From Phaeosaccion multiseriatum (taxonomy: Eukaryota > Protista > Ochrophyta, other classes): a stretch of DNA of 64,000 nucleotides. The position numbers and the translations under genes are program-made. Position 1 is the stretch's first letter, and each line of letters opens with the position of its first letter. The notes under the pieces were generated by a model. That model did no database searches. It was not told the origin of the DNA and saw nothing but the letters and a program-made list of their open reading frames with translations. The stretch covers positions 5,394,001 to 5,458,000 of the forward strand of contig OZ218953.1 in NCBI GenBank assembly GCA_965112735.1. Direction: 5' to 3'. Positions 35,731 to 47,505 of this stretch are shown one piece after another.

Positions 35731-36287
35731 GAAGCAGCGGCGCTCCGGCCAGTGTTGAGGCCAGCGAGAAGGCCGGTGATGATGGTGATGACACCCGTGT
35801 TGGTGCTCAGATGGTGCCGGCGACGCACACAGCGTGGGAAGACCATGTGCTGGGCCCAGCGCTTGAGGTGGGCAGAGCCCTTGTCACCCCCGGACAAGCC
35901 TTGCCGCAGGGGTCCGTCAATGACAAGCCCGACAGCAGCGACGGACAGGGGCAGGGGCCGGGGCAGAGGCACGGGAAGGGACATGCATCATCCGACGACG
36001 GGGGTGGGGGTACGGACGTGATGGCGTGGCGGGAGTGCTCGCTGTGCCAGAGGAAGCTCCACGGGCTGTTCGAACTGGAGGTTCACAACAAGTCCAGGGG
36101 CCACCGCAGGAGTAGGAAGAGGCACCGGGCCATGCAGCAGGCCCTACAGCAGGCCACGGAGGGACCAGAGGCGGGCCCCACCCCCACCCAGGGCATAGAG
36201 GAGGTGGAGGAGGAGAAGGGGCAAGGGCCGGAGGTGGAGGGGGCAGAGACACGCCAAGAACCGACCACCGCACTGGATCTGGGATGA
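33902..36287 (+). CDS. TRIT1: tRNA dimethylallyltransferase (eukaryotic TRIT1/MOD5 type) with C-terminal zinc finger, 3 exons
   Basis: VIAGATG|TGKT, EVINADAMQLYEGLE|VATAK, VPHHLLG, VGGTNYY, LHPNDTRKIRRSLE, QAIGFKEF, TTRYARTQIKW, CSLC..H..SRGH. Confidence 0.93.
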
Positions 36288-36367
36288 CAAGTTGAGATGA
36301 CACATATATATGAACAACTTGCACTGTGTGCAGTGAGTGGTACGATGATGTATACGCCTAAGCTAAG

Positions 36368-39300
36368 CTACGCGAACATGTCGTCCTGGTCTTTGGAGGC
36401 GATTTTCCTCCGCTTGGCTGCTGCAGCCTGTGCCCCGATGCCCTGCAAGTCTCCCCTCGCCTTCTTCCTCAGCGCAGCCACCGACTTGCCCCCGCCCCCC
36501 CCCTGTCCCTGCCCTTGCCCCTGCGCCTCATGCTCCTCATCGTCTCCCTCCTCCTCCGCCCACTCCAGCACCAAGTGCCTGCCGTACAAGTGCGTGCTGG
36601 CCAGTGCGGTGTAGGCGCTCTGGGCCTCCTGCGGTGTGACAAAGTCCACAAAGGCGAATCCGCGATGGCTTCCGTCGAACTTCTTTGGCATTCTCACGCG
36701 CTTAAGCTGGCCAAATGTCCCGAACAGCTCCCGCACCTCCTTGCTCGAAGCCTGGAAAGCAACGTTCCGTACCACCAACTTTGTACTCTGTCGATGGGCG
36801 GCTCCTCCTCCTGTCCCTCCCTTTCCACCCTGCCCCCCTCCCCCACCCAATCGCTTGCTCGACTGCTTGAGCTCCAGCGCGTGTCCATCGAGCAGCGTGC
36901 CCCCCATACCCTTGAGGGCCTCCTTGGCCAGCGCCTCGTTGCGGAACTCGACAAAGCCATACCCCATGCTGAGGCCCTCTCCCTTGCCCGCCCCCTGCTT
37001 CTTCTTGGGGATGTGGACGGCTCGCACAGCGCTGGCCCTGCTGCCCCCATCGCTTTCCGCAAACGCCCCGCCTCCGCCCACGTGACTGAAGAACTCTTTC
37101 AAGCGGCTTTCCGTGGTCGCCCATGCGAGGTTCTGTGCCAAGGGCGTCGAAAGGAAAAAAAGGAAAGAAGGAGATAAAAGGGGGTTGCGCCGTGAGGAGG
37201 GCAGCAAAATACGAAATCACCGGGTCAGGTAACCGTGTCAGACAAGGGCCAAACTGCTGAATGAGGGCAGAAGGAGGGCGCCATCGCGTTGGGACGAGCC
37301 TGAAGCCAAGCCCTTTGCTTCACTCATCGCTCACCTTGACATAGAGAGTAGAGGGCTCCTCATGCCTGTCTACTGCAGCCACTCCTTCCGTCTGCACATC
37401 GAGCCCCGCAGCAGCCTCGACATGTCCTCGACTGACACCGCCCGAGGGTGCCGCGCTGCCCACCCCGCCCCTTCGCAGGACCTTCTTCTCTGCCGCTCCT
37501 CCCTCCCCCCCCCCAGCCGCCGGAATGAGCAGCGGGGTGGCGGTGGCGGCTGCTTCTCCTGCGTTGAATGCCTCTGTGAATGCCTTGGTGGGGGCGAACT
37601 CGAGGTACAGAGGCACGTGCTGGTAGCGCTTGTACGACAGCTTGCGGAACGCCGATCGGGCATCTGCCGGGCTGAGGAGGGAGCGAAGGGAAGGGAAGGG
37701 GCAGAGAAGAGGGGGGTTTAGAAGACAGACACAGAGGTTGGTTGTCCAGTAATGCCAACGTGCCCTCCCACTTGACCTTCCTCACCTGAGGTACTCAACG
37801 AGGGCCACCGACTTGGACGGAGGCAGGAGGAGCTTTGTGACCTCCCCGTGCTGGCTAAACACCTTCATTATCTCCTCCACATCGGTGGTGAAGGGCAAGT
37901 TTTTCACCAGCAGAACCGTCTTGCTGCGCTCCGCCTTGCCGCCCTTTTGCTGCTGCTGGGACGACTCCAGGGCCCCGAGGTCGATGCCCTCTCTCTCAAA
38001 GTAATCCTTGTTCTCTTTGATCAGCGCAGTCTCTCCCAACGCCAGTCGGACGGCCATGTCCCCGCCCCCTTCCTCTCGGTCTAAAATCTTGCCCTTTTCC
38101 ACCCCCATCCGCTCTGCGAGGGCGTCCACAACGGTATCGCCCCTAATGTGCGACGCATTCCACCCCGTCTTATCCCCCGCCCTCTCCCTCCTCTCCTCCT
38201 CTTTCTTCTGCTTGTAGCTCATGGCGTGGCCGATCCCTGCGCGGTCTCCCCCTCCTCCCTCTCCCCCCCCCCCTCCCCCCGGCACGCGCCTCCCTGCCAT
38301 GATGTGTAAGAGTCTCCCTTGGAATGAGTGTCCGTCGAGACCCTCGATGGCCCTTGGCGCGGCGGACTCGTCCTCAAACTGCACAAATGCGAATCCCTTA
38401 CCCCTCTGCGCCTCGTCCACAGGAATGTGCACCTCGGAGACTTGCCCGAAGCGCGAGAAGAGCTCCTCCAAATCCTCCTCCGCGCACGTATATGGCAAGT
38501 TGCGCACAAAGATCCTGCCGGTCTTGTCACTGTCCCTTGCGGTGTCCATCCTTTCCGCTTCCTCTTCCTCCTCTTCCTCCTCTTCTTCCTCCCCCTCCTT
38601 CGCCTCTCCATCTCCAGCTTCTCTGCTTTCCTTCCTCATCGCTGTTTTCCGCCGTCCTTCCTGCCCTTTTCCGCCCCTCTCGCTGTCTGACTCACTTCCA
38701 TCATCACTGTCCTCCTCGCTCCCGCTCTCAGCGGCCTCTGTGCCTCCGGACGACGCCTTGGTCTTGAGCCAGTCCATGTGCGTCGACCCTGCCCGTGCGG
38801 TGGACTTTATCGCATCCTCTCCGTCGCTATTGCTTGCACTACTTGATGCTTCACTATCCCCCCCTTCTTGGCCATCGTCACTGCTCTCCTCTTCTTGACT
38901 ATCCCTGGTTCCATCAGTACCACGACTACTCCCTTGATCCTCCTCTGGAGCTCCTTGCCTCTGTCTCCTTTTGCTTGGGCTTCCCCCCTCCCCCTTCGAG
39001 TAGCGATCCAGCTCGTCATCCCCTACGGTGTCGTCGTTGGCCCAGAACTTTGCCGAACTTCGGGGCTTCATCACTTTCATAAATTCCTTCTCCTCGTCGT
39101 GATTGCGACCCTGTCCTTCCTCCCCATCCTCGCTGTCACCATCTTCAGCTTTCAACTGCCCTCCTGATTTACCCCTGGTAGAGGCCTCTCCTCCCTTGCT
39201 TGGACGCTGCTGCCCTTGCTGCTGCTTCGCTCGCTTCGGGACGAGGTCTGAGGCCCCTCTGGGCTTGGCGAGCTCCACGCTGATCCGAGAGGTATCGAGA

Positions 39301-39872
39301 AAAGTCCTACAGAGTTCAGGGGGGGAGGGGGCGGGTAGGAACTATGAGGGCGGCGCCATGCCTCGTACTAACTTCCCTGGCCCTCCCTCTCGCGAACCAA
39401 CCCACCTGTTGAAGTACTTTAGTGCCTTTAGCGTCTCCGCGGGCGTGGTGTACCCCACGAAGCCGAAGAGACGAGACTTGCCGGCCTGTGTTCGCACCAC
39501 CTTGGCGTCGCTCACCACCCCCGCAGTGGAGAAGTGCTCTTTGAGGCGCTTCTCGTCCACGTGCTTGGGCAGCGCCTTGACGATCAACCGCGTGCTCTCT
39601 TCCTGATGGGCTTTACTGCTCTCCCCTCCTCCACCGTCGTCACTACGAGCACCTCGATGTCCCTCTTCTTCCTGAGTTACTTCTCGCCGCTGCTGCCCTC
39701 CTCCCCTGCCATCACCCCGAGCCTGCCCACTCCCTCTCCCTCTCCCTCTCCCTCCTCCCCCTCCTCCCCCTCTCCCTCCTCGAGCTTGGCCCCTTCCTCC
39801 TCGCCCCCCCCCTCTCCCTCCTCTCCCCCTTCCCCCTCCTTCTCTATCCAGTGACAGCCTTCTGTCTATCAT
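36368..39872 (-). CDS. RBM19: Multiple-RRM ribosome biogenesis protein RBM19/MRD1 with N-terminal RGG tract
   Basis: Five RRMs (RLIVKALP..RLFGFVGY; RIFVRNLPY..KGFAFVQF; VLLVKNLPF; LYVKNL..MGYGFVEF; KLVVRNVAF..RGFAFVDF), plus WAND, AVRLALGET and THLYGRHLVLEWA. Confidence 0.93.
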
Positions 39873-40167
39873 GTCACTATGTCTTTCGTCCGCCGTGCCC
39901 TGTAAGCCCCGATTCTGAAGTCAAGGAAAATGGGGATTTTGGCTTTTTCTCTAAGTCAACGACGATCGATCGCCGACCCCGGCCAAATCACTCTTATAAA
40001 CACTTTGCTGCCTCTCCCTGTCTGCCACCCCCACAAAGCTAAAGCTAAAGCTCTTTTTCAAGACAAGACCAAACAGGGCAGGAAAGACAAGGAGGAGGAG
40101 AAGCGTATACGGAAAGTACTCAGCCTGTCCAGAAGGAGAGAAAAAAAGCAATTCCCCCAGCAGCATC

Positions 40168-41975
40168 ATGGCCTCCTTCAATGAAGCAGTGTTTAGGAAA
40201 CGCGTGGACCAGGTAAGCATTTACACCTTTCCCATCCTTGCGTGCCTACCTCAGAGAGCAAACATGAGAACATGTGAAAGGTTTTGACTCGCTTCGCTAT
40301 TTTGTTTTCTCCCCCCCTCGCCCGCACCCCCCCCACCCCACTTCTACGCTTATCTTCCGTCACGGCAGGCTCTACTAAAAGTGAAGACCCTCCTCGACAA
40401 CACGAGGAGCCCGACTTATGCAGGTAGTCCTAGTCCGGCAGTAAAGTTGGCTTCCCATGTCTCCCTCCCTCCCTCCCTCTCCCCCCTCACATATGCTGCA
40501 CAACCCTCCTCTGCCCCCCCAGCCGATGTGCCCCACGCGTACGACGACAAGTTCTCCCTTGTGGAGCGAGTGGCGTCTTCTTTCGTCGAAGCCCTCGGGA
40601 GCGTGCTTCGCGAGATGGGAGTCTCGGCGCAGTCTGGAGCTGTGCAGCCCCCAGGCCCTCCGAGTAAGGATGGGAGCGAGCCCCCGCCCCTGCCCCCCAG
40701 CTTCGCTCAGCTGCAGGCATGGTCGGTGGATCACACTGTGACACTGCGGTTCGCGGCTCAGCAGCGCTGCAAGTTCGTGAAGCAGGCGAAGAGGGAGGTG
40801 CAAGTGGGCACGACGAGCCGCGTGGTCGAGAAGAAGACCTCCTCGTGGACAGGCAGCAGGGTACGTACGCCTGTCGCTCCTCTCTCTCTCCTGAAGTACA
40901 AGACTCTCTCCCTCTCTCTGTTCCTCATATACTCTTGCTGTCCCCCGGTGCCTTGCCTGTCTCCCCAGACGAAGGACACGCAGTACTCAGAATACCAGGA
41001 GATCACGGAGTACTTCTGGGAGCACGAGCACGACTACACGCTGTCGGTGCACGAAGGCGGGGGAGGGCAGGCGGCAGGGAATCTGGTGCTGCAGCGCGGC
41101 GAGGGGCGAGGGGAGCTCATCACCAGGTTAGTCCGTCACGGCAGCAAGAGCAAGGGGGGAGGGATGTGAAGTGCTTTTTAAGTTGCATGTGCTGACTTTC
41201 ATTTTGTTCCTTCTCGCCACAACAGGTCCAGTGCAAGCCCCATGGCCTCGAGCTCGCACGTGATTCCTCCCTTTGAGGTGGACATCACCCTGCTGTGCTC
41301 TCTATTGGGCCCTCGCCAGGAAGCGGCGGCAGCGGCGGGCGGCAAGGGCGCTTTCTCCATCGACCGCAGCGCCGAGGACTGCCACACGCCGAGAAGGAAC
41401 AAGCAGGTCGAGGCCTTGCTGACGAGCGGCCGCGCTCTGAGTGACTTCGCCCACCGCTTGAGCAACTACCTCGACCACGACCTCTTCAACGTCCACGCCG
41501 GGGACAAGGCCAAGCAGGCGCCCTCCCTGCTGGCAAAGAGCGCAGACCGCATCTTCGTCCCCGTGCTGCCTCTGTTCGAGGTAGCCACCGCAGTTGGTGA
41601 TACAGATACAGCAGCTTCAGCAGCCGCCTCCTCCGTGGTCCTGTCCGGCTCCGACTCGGGCAAGCTGATCCGGGAACAGCAGCGCTCCATGGTGGAGAGC
41701 TTTGCTGGCCTGCGCCAAGCCCTCGTCAACCCCCCGGGAGCTCCCTCCGCCAATGCCCTGGCCGCCGCCGGAGTGGTGGAGCACAGCGCCCAGCTCATGA
41801 CGTTGGACTCTTGCAAGCTGTCCGTGTTGATGCACCACGTGAGGGCCGTCGCCAGGTCTCTGGAGGAGGGGGTGGATTACGTGGAGCACATGCTCAGGCA
41901 GCAGGTCGTGGCCGCCATCGGCAAGGAAGGTGAGCGGAGGGAGCAAGCGGGGCTCTCTTGGTCACGTTTGTGTCT

Positions 41976-42022
<47 letters not shown>

Positions 42023-44817
42023 TGTCAGTCGGCCCCAGTGACTTGTCGGAGTACATGAAGTTCCACAACCGCAGGCTCTTCGCCCCCGACGCGGCGCCTC
42101 TGCCGTTCCAATACGACGTCCGGCGGCTGCAGGGCGCCTACTCCCCGGAAGGAGCCCTGTCCATCGAAGTGGACGGACAACCGGTGTCCACCATCGCGAG
42201 GGTGAGGGAGGGCGAGAGCTGCCCGAGCATGAAGTTCGCTCTCAACGCGGCCACCACAGTGTCCTTCCGCGGCCCGCAGGTGCTCCACGGGTATATTCAG
42301 CACAGCTTCTTGAACGGAGCCTCGCCTCAGCACTCGCTCGTGGCCAGGGCGAGACAGTTCTCCAGGTGGGGGGAGGGGCACAGAGGGTTTGGTGTCTCTG
42401 TCTCTGTCTCTCTCTCCGTCTTACGATATGCTTTCCCCTGCTCTACCCTGCCATGCCCTTTCTGCACGTGGCCACAGCTTTGTGTTGATGGTCGGGCGCA
42501 TCGCAGCAGCAGATCTGTTCGAGCCCAGCCATGCCATCATCATCAAGGACAAGGACGAGGTCAGTCATGGCGCTGGTGAGGAGCAGTGGCGATGTGCCCT
42601 TCCTGACACGCCGACTCTCGTGTGTCTACTCTCCCCTTCCTCCCCCCTCCCCTCGCAGGTGATTCTTCCCCTCCTGCTCGATCCGCTGCCCACCCCCAAG
42701 GAGTTTAAAGACGCCATTGAGTCTCTGTCGCCGGGTAAGAGCAGGCAGTGCGTCTGTTTGGCAACCTTTAGGAAGTGACTCATGTTGAAGCGCCCCCTCC
42801 TCACCCCCCCAGACCAGCAACGGTTCGCCAAGGCGTTCCGCGCCATGCAGCTCCAATCGACGCTCTTCGGCGTGTGTGTGGTGCAGATCAAGCCCCAAAT
42901 GTGAGCACAATGACAATGACAATGACAATGACAATGACAATGAGGCCCTCCTCCTCGCCTCTCCCTTCCTCACTCATTCACTCACTCACTCACTCGCTCC
43001 CCACCCCACGCTCTGGATGCCCAACAGGGAGGCCCTGCTGTGCCTGCCGGACGGGGCCCTGACCAAGGAGATCAAGCTCACGCAGGACCTCATGCAGCTC
43101 TTCATCGAGTACCAGGTGTGTGTCCTGACACCCCCCCTCTCTCTGTCCTGACACCCTCTCCCTCTCTCTTCACTTTCATTTCTTAACACCCTCTATCACA
43201 GTCCTGACACCCTTTCTCACTGTCCTGACACTCTCTCTGTACCAGGTGCCCTCGGACCTGCTGACGTTCGATGGGGACGCCTCCCTCTCGCTCAAGGACA
43301 AACTCGCAACTGTCAAGGGGCACGTCGCTGCCATTCAGGTGCTGAGCCCATACGCTTGCTTGCCATAGGTCTCTCTTCTCTTGCTCTGTGCTTCACACGT
43401 TGACTCTCTGTCTCTCGGTCACCATCCCTGCCCCTCTTGTCAGGCCATTGTGGAAGCGCAGCGCCAGAGTGAGCTCGAAGAGAGGCGCCAACAGGCACAG
43501 GCAGCCGTGCTTGACTCCGTCTGCAGCAGTGAAGACAGCGAGTGCTGTGATGATGAAGAGCTCGACTGCAGCCCTTGCGAGGGCTATGGCGCTGTGGCCT
43601 CGTCCTTCGGGGGTGGGGGGGGGATGATGAAGAGGAAGATGAGGTCGAGGATGTCTATAGGCGGAAGAGGGGGCGGAGGAGGAGGAGGAGGACCGCCAGG
43701 AAGCGCCCTGCGCATGTCGGCAGCACCTATGGCTATGCGAAGGTCGAGCGGAGCCCCCCCCCCACCCCCCTGCGCAATGCCCCCAGCACCCACCGGGGGC
43801 ATGGAGGCGGCAAGCCGCAGCGAGATGAGCTCGACGCTGCGTGTAGTGGATGGAGGGGGACAGGGCCCCATGGAGCCTGCGCAGCAACAGAAGGCGGAGC
43901 AGTTGCGGGACGGGGAGGGGGGTGAAGGCGCGCAGGAGGACGGCACACCCGCTCTCCCTTCCTCCGAGAGTGCGGCTCTCAGTGGCCCTCTCGTCGACTA
44001 CACGCAGGTTAGTTAGGAGGAGACAGCTGCACCCAGCTAGATCCTTTGTGATGACGTAACCGCTGTAATGTCCCCCCTTCTCCCTCGCCAGGTGCCTGCC
44101 CAGCTGGACCGAAGCTTCGAGCTGCTGGACGAAGACGCCGCCCTGAGGCCCACCACCATCTCCCTGGGTGAGAGAGCCGCAGCTTCCTGTCTGTTCTACG
44201 CGTCTGCAGAGAGAGAGAGAGAGAGAGCCCCTTCTGACGCCCATTGCTGCCTCCCTCCCCCCTCGCTGTCAGGCAATACATGGAGGCGAAAGCGCTTCAA
44301 GGGCCTCCTGGCCAAGGCTCCTGAGGAGGTGTTCCTCTCGCAGGAAGGGCAGGGCACCGAGAAGAACGCCGCCATGGACCTGCTCGACGCGCTCTCCAGA
44401 GGCGGTAAGTGCATGCATGTGGGTAGCGAGAGGGACCCAAGCAAGAGCAGGTTGTTTCACTCCTTCTCTGCTGCTGCTCTCTCTCTCTCTCTCTCAGGTG
44501 ACCTGACGCTCAACAGCAGCACGCTGCACGTCATCGTGTGCGCCACGCACTGCTTCACCGACTCCGTGATGGACACGCTGGTCCAGAAGAGCGTAAATCC
44601 CATCGAGCGCATCGAGCGGAGCACTCTCATCGTGGGCTGCGCCATCCACGAGAGGGGCGTGGAGCAGCTCTTGGCCAACGCCGGGCAGCGCCAGAGGGTA
44701 CTGCAGTACTCGCCGGGCCTCTTCCTCCCTCCCGCGGGGGACGAGGGCGAGGGAGAGGGCGAGGAGGGCGAGGGCGGGAATACCCCCGGGCACAGTGAGG
44801 AGGGCATGACTGTGTAG
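40168..44817 (+). CDS. Uncharacterised multi-exon protein, tandem copy A
   Basis: Phase-consistent GT-AG exons from [15 protein letters not shown] through globular-looking blocks ([68 protein letters not shown]) to TAG at 44817. No family recognised. Confidence 0.75.
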
Positions 44818-45004
44818 AGGAAGATGACGAAGAGGACAAGGAATGCTACAATAGGACATAGAGAGTTGAGAGTGCAATAAAAATATCGACGTAATTACTC
44901 CAGCCTTCCGTTTCCTATGTCACCGCAAGGGGAGATCCATAGAGTTCATCCGCTGTCTATCTTCCTCTGTGTAGAAGGGGGAAAGTCCGGTGCTCTTCAG
45001 GTGC

Positions 45005-45245
45005 AGTGCCATCTAAAAGTAACGTCTCACCCGCCCCCTGGGGACTTAGTCCCCGAGGTCGAATAAATATTCCCCATTTTGACTCGTCAGTCCTCCCCAT
45101 CGGAACAAGTTGATACCAGCCAGAACCCTGTGTCGAATCCAGCGTTCGTGCCGGGCCCTCTGGAGCGCCACTGCCAATCGCCTCCGTATGATAAGCCCCA
45201 AATGCCGCTTGCTGTTCCATCCCGAAAGATCCACGAGGTGCCATC
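45005..45245 (-). mobile_element. Decayed, internally deleted 3' fragment of the RLE retrotransposon family seen at 1-2597
   Basis: Minus strand encodes IRRRLAVALQRARHERWIRHRVLAGINL and VPMGRTDES (frameshifted). It also matches the 3' UTR (GACCTCG..CTAAG..CCCC..GGTGAGAC.TTACTTTTAGA..TGGCACT). Confidence 0.88.
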
Positions 45246-45654
45246 TTCCACGCTTCGAATCCAGTTCACAGATACCGGCCTCCTTTCTGAGGGGAATTGA
45301 AGAGGAGCGAGTCCTCGCACAAGTGGCGACAAGAGCTACTCGTGAAGCAGCGGAGGCGCAGTAGCAAAAAGACAAGGGGGGGGGGGGGGTTGCACAGGCG
45401 CCTGTCATCACGCGTGACGACAGAGACTCCGGATGTCAACAACCTACTAGGACCGGTTCGGGCCCATTCCGCGGATTATCTCTGTTTCCTCTTTTCACAC
45501 CACAAACACCTTACAAAGCCCATAGCTCTTTCGCCTATCTATCTACGGAGTCAAAACCCAAAAGGACAGGACGGACGAGGAGGAGAAGCGTGGACGGAAA
45601 GAATTAGGCTGTCCAAAGGGAGAGAAAAAAAAGTAATTCCCCGAGAGCAGCATC

Positions 45655-47460
45655 ATGGCCTCCTTCAATGAAGCAGTGTTTAGGAAACGCGTGGACCAGG
45701 TAAGCATTTACACCTTTCCCATCCTTGCGTGCCTACCTCAGAGAGCAAACATGACAACATGTGAAAGGTTTTGACTCGCTTCGCTACTTTATTTTCGCCC
45801 CCCCTCGCCGCACCCCCCCCCCCCACTTCTACGCTTGTCTTCCGTCACGGCAGGCTCTACTAAAAGTGAAGACCCTCCTCGACAACACAAGGAGCCCGAC
45901 TTATGCAGGTAGTCCTAGTCCGGCGGTAAAGTTGGCTTCCCATGTCTCCCTCCCTCCCTCTCCCCCCTCCCTTATGCTGCACAACCCTCCTCTGGCTGCC
46001 CCCCCAGCCGATGTGCCCCACGCGTACGACGACAAGTTCTCCCTTGTAGAGCGAGTGGCGTCTTCTTCCGTCGAAGCCCTCGGGAGCGTGCTTCGCGAGA
46101 TGGGAGTCTCGGCGCAGTCTGGAGCTGTGCAGCCCCCAGGCCCTCCGAGTAAGGATGGGAGCGAGCCCCCGCCCCTGCCCCCCAGCTTCGCTCAGCTGCA
46201 GGCATGGTCGGTGGATCACACTGTGACACTGCGGTTCGCGGCTCAGCAGCGCTGCAAGTTCGTGAAGCAGGCGAAGAGGGAGGTGCAAGTGGGCACGACG
46301 AGCCGCGTGGTCGAGAAGAAGACCTCCTCGTGGACAGGCAGCAGGGTACGTACGCCTGTCGCTCCTCTCTCTCTCCTGAAGTACAAGACTCTCTCCCTCT
46401 CTCTGTTCCTCATATACTCTTGCTGTCCCCCGGTGCCTTGCCTGTCTCCCCAGACGAAGGACACGCAGTACTCAGAATACCAGGAGATCACGGAGTACTT
46501 CTGGGAGCACGAGCACGACTACACGCTGTCGGTGCACGAAGGCGGGGGAGGGCAGGCGGCAGGGAATCTGGTGCTGCAGCGCGGCGAGGGGCGAGGGGAG
46601 CTCATCACCAGGTTAGTCCGTCACGGCAGCAAGAGCAAGGGGGGAGGGATGTGAAGTGCTTTTTAAGTTGCATGTGCTGACTTTCATTTTGTTCCTTCTC
46701 GCCACAACAGGTCCAGTGCAAGCCCCATGGCCTCGAGCTCGCACGTGATTCCTCCCTTTGAGGTGGACATCACCCTGCTGTGCTCTCTATTGGGCCCTCG
46801 CCAGGAAGCGGCGGCAGCGGCGGGCGGCAAGGGCGCTTTCTCCATCGACCGCAGCGCCGAGGACTGCCACACGCCGAGAAGGAACAAGCAGGTCGAGGCC
46901 TTGCTGACGAGCGGCCGCGCTCTGAGTGACTTCGCCCACCGCTTGAGCAACTACCTCGACCACGACCTCTTCAACGTCCACGCCGGGGACAAGGCCAAGC
47001 AGGCGCCCTCCCTGCTGGCAAAGAGCGCAGACCGCATCTTCGTCCCCGTGCTGCCTCTGTTCGAGGTAGCCACCGCAGTTGGTGATACAGATACAGCAGC
47101 TTCAGCAGCCGCCTCCTCCGTGGTCCTGTCCGGCTCCGACTCGGGCAAGCTGATCCGGGAACAGCAGCGCTCCATGGTGGAGAGCTTTGCTGGCCTGCGC
47201 CAAGCCCTCGTCAACCCCCCGGGAGCTCCCTCCGCCAATGCCCTGGCCGCCGCCGGAGTGGTGGAGCACAGCGCCCAGCTCATGACGTTGGACTCTTGCA
47301 AGCTGTCCGTGTTGATGCACCACGTGAGGGCCGTCGCCAGGTCTCTGGAGGAGGGGGTGGATTACGTGGAGCACATGCTCAGGCAGCAGGTCGTGGCCGC
47401 CATCGGCAAGGAAGGTGAGCGGAGGGAGCAAGCGGGGCTCTCTTGGTCACGTTTGTGTCT

Positions 47461-47505
<45 letters not shown>

